Shown piece by piece: positions 34,279 through 41,405 of a stretch of DNA of 64,000 nt. Numbering within the stretch: the first letter of the stretch is position 1; the number at the start of each line of letters is the position of its first letter. The notes beneath the pieces are model-generated. The model was not told the DNA's origin. It did not search any database and was given only the letters and a program-made list of their open reading frames with translations. A program made the position numbers and the translations under genes. Source of the stretch: Thiotrichaceae bacterium UBA5859 (GTDB lineage: Bacteria; Pseudomonadota; Gammaproteobacteria; UBA5859); NCBI GenBank assembly GCA_002432655.1, contig DJFZ01000032.1, positions 1,775-65,774 of the forward strand, in the 5' to 3' direction.

Positions 34279-36540
34279 CTAGGAAACCGTGCTCGAACGG
34301 CGCAATCGCTCCACTATAACTACTAGAGCTGGCAACAATAACAGATCAAATGCTAACGCGGTCATCATGCCTATGGTGGTTAATAGACCAAAATATTCTA
34401 TGGGCTTGAAGCCGGAGACCACCAATAAACCAAATTGTAAACTTAAAATAATTGTGGTGACAGATAGGGCCGCCCCGACTTTCGTTAGGGCAATATGAAT
34501 CGACTGATGGACGTTTATTCCCGATTGACGGGATTGGCGATAAGCGTGAAAGAGGTGAATGGTATCATCTACGGCCACTCCCACGGCGACGCTAGCAATC
34601 ATTGCAGTGGCCATATCCAACCAAATACCACAGATCCCCATCACTGCAAAAATCAATATGATGGGAGAGATATTCGGTATCATACAAAGGATAGCGGCGG
34701 GTAAACTTCTGAATAAGATTAACAACGAAATAAAAATAAGCGACAAAGCGCCAAACAAGCTTCGAACTTGACCGCTAATGAGGAGCGATTCTTGATCCGC
34801 AAACAATCGGCCATCACCCGCTATTTGAACGGTTACTTGATCTAATGGCACCTCATTCAATCTGTCTTCGATTCGACTCATTAACCCCCGAATTTTTTGT
34901 GAGCCCTGCTCATGTACACTGATCAAAATCCGGGTTTGCGCGAAATCTCTATCCACAATGTCATATAGATCTTCGCCATCATATAACTTTAAGTATTGGG
35001 CAATTAAGCGATCGCGTTGTGGGACAACACGATAATCTTCCACGCCATCATGGAACGCCCAGTGCATCTCCTCTACATATTCCGCCATAGATAGGGTGCG
35101 ATCCACTTCTGGCTGCGCCTCTAACCAGATCTGCATCGCGCGTATCCAATTTTGACTATGTGCATTCAGCAAACCATCCCGCTGCGATGACGTGAGCAAT
35201 AGTTCCAATGAGGTGACACCACTTATTTGTTCTTGAAATTTTTCTGTGGCTTGGACTAATTCGGAGTCCGACTCAAAGTACTCCAGAAAGTTTGTTTCTG
35301 TATGGATAGCTGTGATCTTGGGAATACATGTAAACACTACAAATGCAAAACCCGCCACCACCAAGAAGGGATAGCGAGTAGCCAACAGGCTACAACTTTC
35401 TAACATTGGATCGAAGATACCCACACCAAAACGAGTTTTGGACCAACTTTTATTGTCCCACTTAGCAAACAGCGGTGGCACAATAAACATTACGATAAAA
35501 AACAAAATAAACACACCCAGGGCACTGATCAATCCGAATGTACGAATGGGTACTATCGGACTTAAACTAAGTGACGCCAAACCCGCTGCAGTGGTGATGG
35601 ATGTAAACAGTGCTGGCTTGTATATTTGTTTTAATGCTTGCGTAAACCTTCCATTCCCTTGATATCCCGATTGCTCCGCTAACAACACACTATTATAAAA
35701 ATGCACCAACAGCGCCACGGTAAGCGCGCCTAGTAAAGATGGCATCATAGTGGAAACCAGTGTATACGGTTGTCCGCTAATCACAAATAGCGCGAGGGTG
35801 GCAGTACTCACGGTATGCATCGCCACCAAGCCCACTACCACAGCCATGACACGTCGAAACATCCACCACAGTAATAACAATGCTATCCCTAACGTCAATG
35901 GGATCAGGCGCATATTTTCCTGCATCATTAAATTGAGCTGATATACATCCACTGCCACTTGACCGACGCTGCCTTGGTACCATGACATCAAATGATGTTG
36001 TTCCATTAAACCCAGTGTGGTCTGTACAAGAGAGTTTCTTTCTACACTGTTACCCATGTCGTTAGGTCGTATTACCATCGCTACAGCGGTTGCATCCTCA
36101 CTCACTAACCATCCAGGTGCGAACCTATCTTGAAGTACTGTTTGTCGAATGACATGGGGTTCGAGCTGTACAAAATTGGCCACATCGACTAATGGGACGA
36201 TTTCAAAACCGTCCTCTACTGGTTTAACAGATTCCACAGTCGTAAAAGTTAATACTTTCTCCACAAAATCTTGCCTGGAAAGATCTGTTGCCAAGTGATT
36301 TAGATTGATTAACACATTGTGCTGAAAAAGATCCTGTCCTTCAAAGAGTAAGATCAACACTTGGTCTTGAGGGAATTTCTCACGAATGAGTGCATCAATT
36401 TGCACAGCCGGTTCGGCATCGGACAAATACACGCCAGGTGCATTGTTGATTTCAAGTTGGCTTAATAGTCCAGCGGGTAAAACCAAAAATAAGATCAAGA
36501 TGATTACGGCTTGTTTGGCGCTAAAGTAGATCTTGTTCAA
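34279..36540 (-). CDS. MMPL/RND-superfamily exporter (two 6-TM bundles with sterol-sensing-like regions)
   Basis: 753 aa; periplasmic domain between TM1 and TM2, two hydrophobic bundles; TTG start overlapping the stop of the upstream gene. Confidence 0.75.
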   Translation of the reverse strand: MNKIYFSAKQAVIILILFLVLPAGLLSQLEINNAPGVYLSDAEPAVQIDALIREKFPQDQVLILLFEGQDLFQHNVLINLNHLATDLSRQDFVEKVLTFTTVESVKPVEDGFEIVPLVDVANFVQLEPHVIRQTVLQDRFAPGWLVSEDATAVAMVIRPNDMGNSVERNSLVQTTLGLMEQHHLMSWYQGSVGQVAVDVYQLNLMMQENMRLIPLTLGIALLLLWWMFRRVMAVVVGLVAMHTVSTATLALFVISGQPYTLVSTMMPSLLGALTVALLVHFYNSVLLAEQSGYQGNGRFTQALKQIYKPALFTSITTAAGLASLSLSPIVPIRTFGLISALGVFILFFIVMFIVPPLFAKWDNKSWSKTRFGVGIFDPMLESCSLLATRYPFLVVAGFAFVVFTCIPKITAIHTETNFLEYFESDSELVQATEKFQEQISGVTSLELLLTSSQRDGLLNAHSQNWIRAMQIWLEAQPEVDRTLSMAEYVEEMHWAFHDGVEDYRVVPQRDRLIAQYLKLYDGEDLYDIVDRDFAQTRILISVHEQGSQKIRGLMSRIEDRLNEVPLDQVTVQIAGDGRLFADQESLLISGQVRSLFGALSLIFISLLILFRSLPAAILCMIPNISPIILIFAVMGICGIWLDMATAMIASVAVGVAVDDTIHLFHAYRQSRQSGINVHQSIHIALTKVGAALSVTTIILSLQFGLLVVSGFKPIEYFGLLTTIGMMTALAFDLLLLPALVVIVERLRRSSTVS

Positions 36541-38366
36541 AATGCCACGCTCCAGCCAAGCGCAAGATAGTCTCTGGAGTCAAAAAATCCGCCTATTGTT
36601 TGTTCATCTCCATCAAATGTATGGTAGGCAACAATCAGCTCGTGGGGTTCGAAGTTGCGAAACACAAGCTTCGGAGAGAGATAATAGTCCTCTTCACTGA
36701 GACCGATGCGACTACGCAGTTGAAAGCGGACACGATCATTCGCGAAAGCGTACTCAAGCTGACCATTGAGTGCATAAGTTTCGTCATCATCGAGAAATGG
36801 CTCATCCGCAGTTTTGCGATTGCCCGTCAACTGTATATTGATTCGAGTATCTTTATCGCCCGGATAAAACTCCATATCCAAAATCCAATGTAGTTGTTCA
36901 CTCTCGAGTAGTGCAAGATCCACGCCCGTCACCGGCATATCCTGCAAATTTGCCACTTCAAAGCGTAGTAATGACAAACCAAGATCCCAGGCGAACTCTA
37001 ACCCTGTGGCGACGATTTTTGGATGAACTTCAAAAAAGGTAGGCCCGCTGGTGGCTGCCAGCGCAGTGTCCACATCATTGTTGGATAAAACGAGATTCTG
37101 CACCATTTCTGGTGAGACGATAAAATAAGGCTGAGGGTTTTGTGTTTCCAAATAGCTCATTCCCCAATCCATCGAATTTAACGATTGCGTAAACCTAATC
37201 CCTCCAGACTCCTGCTCTTCTTCACGTATGCTAAGGGAGCCTTGTGTCACTAGACGAGCGATCAGCGGTGTCTCACTAAAGCCTAATAGCTGCCCACTCT
37301 GAGGGGACATCAGAGTCCAGAATTGGTCTCGATCAGCGGTCAATGGAGATAAGCTATTTGGTATATATAGAACATCCAGCTTGGCAGAGCCCAGAAACCA
37401 CTCGAGACGAAGCGCCGGAGTAGCCAATCGCCGTTCAGGTAACTCATCTATAAACCCGCGTCTAATATCCTGTCGACTGAGTAAATCTAATGGGCTGAAT
37501 TCGTCTGCTTGCCCCCAAATCACCGTTTGTGCACCCAAAGTCAAACGTGCAGACTCGCCACGGTAGCGCAAATAGGCTTGATCTAGTAAAAGCTTATAAT
37601 CTCTAACTTCATTAACCGCACTAAGCACGTAAGCATCTGCTCGTGCACCGATCCTAATTTTCCAGCCTGGAGACAACGCCCAATTTAATTCAGATCCAAT
37701 ACGCAAATAATTTGGATAGGTTTCATGTTCTGCAGTTGAACGCCCAAGTTCAGAATAAAGCTCATTTTTCAGTTCAATGGACGCAAATAATGCGCTTGTT
37801 ACCTCAGTTGTTTTCTCCGGAACTGAGTCTAGTACCTCTTGTCGCTGCTCAGTGCCGTCTTCTGCTAAGTACCCTCGCACTATATATCGGAGTTGTTGCT
37901 GTTCGAAAGGATGGGAATCAACTTTGTATCCTAGCGATTCGACTCTATTTTTGGTTCTTTGCAGATAATCCCGACTTTTAAAAATGCCTACTGATATCCA
38001 TAACTGCTGAATATGTTGATTACCAAAGATCTGTGTTTCAACTCCATGCTGCGCAAGCCTTCGCTGCACCCTCTGCGCCTCATCCATTTGAGAGATCGGA
38101 CCGATGCGCAGTTGGGTGAACAACACCAGTGTCTGTTTCTTCTCAATAGAAATATTGGTTGCGCCCTGGGCTACAAGAACGTCTACCCGCTCTTGCGCGG
38201 CCGATTGTGTCTCATACATCTGCTCAAACCAATTAGAGTGTTCCTGAGCTACGAGTGTGGACAGTAAGGTGTTAATCACAAAGAGGGTGACCAGGAAAAT
38301 GAGGGTTCGGAAATGGCTGACAGCGATGAGCATACAAACAAAGTTCCGCAGGCGTAGATTTGCCAT
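36537..38366 (-). CDS. Putative outer-membrane beta-barrel protein with N-terminal signal/anchor and SPOR-like module
   Basis: 609 aa; long hydrophobic N-terminus; alternating amphipathic beta-strand-like pattern; C-terminal ...LGWSVAF ending in Phe, typical of OMP barrels; translationally coupled to the MMPL gene. Confidence 0.45.
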   Translation of the reverse strand: MANLRLRNFVCMLIAVSHFRTLIFLVTLFVINTLLSTLVAQEHSNWFEQMYETQSAAQERVDVLVAQGATNISIEKKQTLVLFTQLRIGPISQMDEAQRVQRRLAQHGVETQIFGNQHIQQLWISVGIFKSRDYLQRTKNRVESLGYKVDSHPFEQQQLRYIVRGYLAEDGTEQRQEVLDSVPEKTTEVTSALFASIELKNELYSELGRSTAEHETYPNYLRIGSELNWALSPGWKIRIGARADAYVLSAVNEVRDYKLLLDQAYLRYRGESARLTLGAQTVIWGQADEFSPLDLLSRQDIRRGFIDELPERRLATPALRLEWFLGSAKLDVLYIPNSLSPLTADRDQFWTLMSPQSGQLLGFSETPLIARLVTQGSLSIREEEQESGGIRFTQSLNSMDWGMSYLETQNPQPYFIVSPEMVQNLVLSNNDVDTALAATSGPTFFEVHPKIVATGLEFAWDLGLSLLRFEVANLQDMPVTGVDLALLESEQLHWILDMEFYPGDKDTRINIQLTGNRKTADEPFLDDDETYALNGQLEYAFANDRVRFQLRSRIGLSEEDYYLSPKLVFRNFEPHELIVAYHTFDGDEQTIGGFFDSRDYLALGWSVAF

Positions 38367-38374
38367 GACGATGA

Positions 38375-39154
38375 TTAAAGTTCTTCTAAGGAGCGTCGTG
38401 AGAATCTATCCCTTGACAAGCCCATGTCATAGTCTATGGACTCCAAGCGAATTTCGGTGCTATGTTGAGAGATCAAATCGGTCATGACCGAATGCGTCAC
38501 AGTCCAATATCCCTCGATTTTCTTTTTCGAAAGAACTTTAAAACTCTTTATAGGGTCCTCATCACCCGACCGATAAAACTCGATTTTCATCGCTAATAGG
38601 GTGTCGGGATCAATCCAGCTGAGACGCTTGCTATAAACAGTAGACTGCGCTCTGAGCGGAATACTCTCTAAAACTATACAGTCGCAGCTGCCAATGGGCA
38701 TCGCTTTCACAATCGCATGTTTATCAAGATTAGGCGGCCTATCTCTAAGATCTTCAAAGAAGATATCAGAGCCAACAAATCGTCCTCCCTTTCTGGAAGA
38801 AGCAATACGACGTGCTCGATCAAGATCAGGTAAAAAAACCAATTGCTCTTTGTTTACCCCACTCACATCATGGGTCAACAAACCCACCCCCTTCATATCT
38901 GCTGGCGAGCTAAAACGTATCAGCGAGCGAATGCCTCCAGCTCCTTCATCTAGGCGATAGGTAGTCATGCGGCGAATACGAGGCTTGGTACCAGGTGAAA
39001 TTAAATGCATTTCGCCTACAGAAACGAAATCAATACCGTCAGGTCGTTCATACACCCGCTGGGCAAGAAGATCACCATCTTCCGTTGCCCATGAGGGTTG
39101 AACAAACAGCGTCAGTATAGGCGCAATAACAGCTAAAAGTATAGAAAACCGCAC
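38375..39154 (-). CDS. LolA-like outer-membrane lipoprotein-sorting family periplasmic protein
   Basis: Signal peptide; IRFSSPADMKGVGLLTH...QLVFLPDLDRARRIASSRKGGRFVGSDIFFEDL matches the conserved core of the LolA_like family often paired with MMPL transporters. Confidence 0.65.
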   Translation of the reverse strand: MRFSILLAVIAPILTLFVQPSWATEDGDLLAQRVYERPDGIDFVSVGEMHLISPGTKPRIRRMTTYRLDEGAGGIRSLIRFSSPADMKGVGLLTHDVSGVNKEQLVFLPDLDRARRIASSRKGGRFVGSDIFFEDLRDRPPNLDKHAIVKAMPIGSCDCIVLESIPLRAQSTVYSKRLSWIDPDTLLAMKIEFYRSGDEDPIKSFKVLSKKKIEGYWTVTHSVMTDLISQHSTEIRLESIDYDMGLSRDRFSRRSLEEL

Positions 39155-39240
39155 TTCATCCCTGTGTGCTGAATAGATGATTCCCTGAGAGTTTAATCGG
39201 CGAAGAGTACCAGAGCCACAAGGTGGAAACTATATCTGGC

Positions 39241-39280
39241 AAAAAAAAAGCCTCGCAAGGCGAGGCTTTTTTGTTTTTTT
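39241..39280 (-). terminator. Rho-independent terminator downstream of the PEP-CTERM gene, likely bidirectional
   Basis: A9-gcctcgc-aag-gcgaggc-T6gT7: a GC-rich 7-bp stem, 3-nt loop, flanked by an A-run and a T-run. Confidence 0.8.
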
Positions 39281-39287
39281 ATCGGAT

Positions 39288-40181
39288 TTACCGAACTCTT
39301 CGTCGAGCCAGACCACCCATCCCTAATAATCCTAACCCCATCAAAGCGAGCGTTCCAGGTTCAGGTACAGCAACTGTGAAGTCGATACTACCATTATGGT
39401 CAGAAAGCACAGTAAACAGTTCAGAATTTAAAGGATCTCCAGGACCTACTACTACATTATCTGTGTTTTGGTCTAAATTCCAGGAAAGCGCAATGATGCC
39501 ACCATCTAATAAATCGTTGGCATCGGAATCTGCGCTTGTATCTGCAATACCATCACCATTGCTATCAAAGAAGAAGAAATCTTCCAGAGCAAAAGTGATT
39601 TCACCAAAAATAATGGAAGAACCTGATACAAAAGCACCACCCGCGAAAAGATTCGAGCCTGTACCACCGAGAATAGTCAACTCAAGAACCTTGGTTCCAT
39701 CACCGTAGCCAGTGTCATCACCCAGACCTAAACTACCATTGTCATTGCGATTTAATGCGGTATCTAGATAAAACGAGATGACGGTACCAGAATCGTAGGT
39801 AGTGGTTTGATTTACGCCGTCAAAAGCAGTTACGGTTCCGCTTAGTCCAGTCCAGGTTGCGGTTAACTCATACCCGCCTAGAGAATCCAAACCTTCATCA
39901 TCAATTATCGCTGAAGCTATCAATCCATTAATGTAGGCATTACCAGAATCAACAAAGGAGTCCCCTACGGTTAGACCTGGATTACCATCATCATCAAATT
40001 GAACAGACTCTGTGTTCGCAGAAAAAGCGAACTGCTGTGCCACACCAGTCAGAGTGTTGGCATCAAAGCCTGTTCCAGCAGAACCTGCCACACCAACATC
40101 ATAAAAAAAGCCAGTAGCAAAAGCACTAGAACTTGCCGCTAATATTGAAGCCCCTAAAGTCGCCTTACTTAAAGTTTTCAT
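39288..40181 (-). CDS. PEP-CTERM sorting-domain exoprotein
   Basis: Signal peptide MKTLSKATLGASILAASSSAFA; Gly/Asp/Thr/Ser-rich body with Asp-rich D-x-N-x-D-G-like loops (FDSNGDGIADTSAD); C-terminal VPEPGTLALMGLGLLGMGGLARRRVR, i.e. PEP motif, TM helix and Arg cluster. Confidence 0.9.
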   Translation of the reverse strand: MKTLSKATLGASILAASSSAFATGFFYDVGVAGSAGTGFDANTLTGVAQQFAFSANTESVQFDDDGNPGLTVGDSFVDSGNAYINGLIASAIIDDEGLDSLGGYELTATWTGLSGTVTAFDGVNQTTTYDSGTVISFYLDTALNRNDNGSLGLGDDTGYGDGTKVLELTILGGTGSNLFAGGAFVSGSSIIFGEITFALEDFFFFDSNGDGIADTSADSDANDLLDGGIIALSWNLDQNTDNVVVGPGDPLNSELFTVLSDHNGSIDFTVAVPEPGTLALMGLGLLGMGGLARRRVR

Positions 40182-40230
40182 TTTATCACCCTTACATCAC
40201 TAGGATTTATCTCTATCTGCTTAAGCTATC

Positions 40231-40246
40231 AGCAAGTGCTGTGCCA
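40231..40246 (-). promoter_or_regulatory. Sigma-54 (RpoN) -24/-12 promoter for the PEP-CTERM gene
   Basis: Minus strand reads TGGCAC-AGCAC-TTGCT, a perfect TGGCAC-N5-TTGCW match. The -12 element lies ~50 nt upstream of the ATG, with an AAGGGTGA Shine-Dalgarno between; the sigma-54 activator PrsR is encoded just upstream. Confidence 0.65.
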
Positions 40247-40479
40247 AACCGTCTTAACCAGAATATCTTATTGTTTTATAAAGCATTTTTTATTTATGCA
40301 TCACGACTAGAATCCACCTTAAAAGTCAGTTAGCAGGATCCGCTGATAAAACGTAAAAATAGCTGACAGATTTTATCCATGATCCTGAAACCATCTAGGC
40401 AGCCATATTGACAAATGGTCTTTTATTGTTATTTTTCAATAGCTTATATTTTAGTCGGCAGTGTAAAAAAATTTAACGG

Positions 40480-41394
40480 CTAAGGTTGAGAGCGCGCGAG
40501 TCTGCTACCGAATTGCCTTTTAGCATGTGAAATGAGCAATCTTTGCATGGGGTTCCTCCATCCAAAGGGTCTCCAAGTTTTACGTAATCGTTGTTTGTAG
40601 GCATCGAAGTGTAAGCCCCATGGTGCCGTTGTCACCTTTCCCCTAGCAAGCAAGATTTTTAAGGCTTGAGTGGCGGCTAGTCCCGCACATAACTCACAGG
40701 CCATTGGCGTAGACGGCCCTTGTCTGCGGTTAAAATCCACACGACTAGGCTCGATCAGATAACCCATCTGCAACATGGCCGGTGAAAGGCCGACCAGAAA
40801 TCGTATATATTGTTCCACTTCATCACGTCCTTGTAGGCCAAAATATGCCTCGAAAGACATGCCGCTGGGTAAAAATGCTAAGAACGCACAACCCATGCCC
40901 AAGGGAGCTGCAGTAATCGCCGGAATACCGCGCTCACCACAGGCGGTAAACAAAGCAGAACGTATTGGTAGCTGAAAAAAATCCAGGCTATCGACATAAA
41001 TATCAACGTCTTGGAGAAAATCATCCAGATTTTCCTCAGACACCCCTTGTTCAAAACCGGTTAAGTGCAACTCGGGATTAATATCGAGCGCCATCTGTGT
41101 CATGGTCTCTAATTTCGAACAACCCATGGAGCGAAGGCTGGCACCCGCTTGTCGATTAAAATTCGCAAGCTCAAAGCGATCAAATTCAGCCAGACTAAAA
41201 CCACCAACACCTAATCGGGTTAGAGTCAGCAAATGACTTCCCCCCACCCCGCCTAAACCGGCGATGGCAATTTTTTTTGCGCGTAAAATTTGCTGCTCAG
41301 ATTCGGTCACCCAACCCAGATTGCGTGAAAAAGCTTGTTCGTACTGAAACTGATTATCATCCATGATTCGTATATCGCGTGATGTCACCCTCAT
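40480..41394 (-). CDS. ThiF/MoeB/HesA-family E1-like adenylyltransferase
   Basis: IAIAGLGGVGGSHLLTLTRLGVGGFSLAEFDRFELANFNRQ is a Rossmann nucleotide-binding and E1 signature; 304 aa; a single C-x-x-C (CELC) near the C-terminus. Confidence 0.75.
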   Translation of the reverse strand: MRVTSRDIRIMDDNQFQYEQAFSRNLGWVTESEQQILRAKKIAIAGLGGVGGSHLLTLTRLGVGGFSLAEFDRFELANFNRQAGASLRSMGCSKLETMTQMALDINPELHLTGFEQGVSEENLDDFLQDVDIYVDSLDFFQLPIRSALFTACGERGIPAITAAPLGMGCAFLAFLPSGMSFEAYFGLQGRDEVEQYIRFLVGLSPAMLQMGYLIEPSRVDFNRRQGPSTPMACELCAGLAATQALKILLARGKVTTAPWGLHFDAYKQRLRKTWRPFGWRNPMQRLLISHAKRQFGSRLARSQP

Positions 41395-41405
41395 TCATGA
41401 GTCGA

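Noticed and set aside
39223-39708. 161-aa plus-strand ORF antisense to the PEP-CTERM gene
   Set aside because: It is a mirror-frame artefact of the low-complexity G/D/T/S-rich gene (it reads as P/S/K-rich) and it runs through the terminator hairpin. I see no independent evidence for it.
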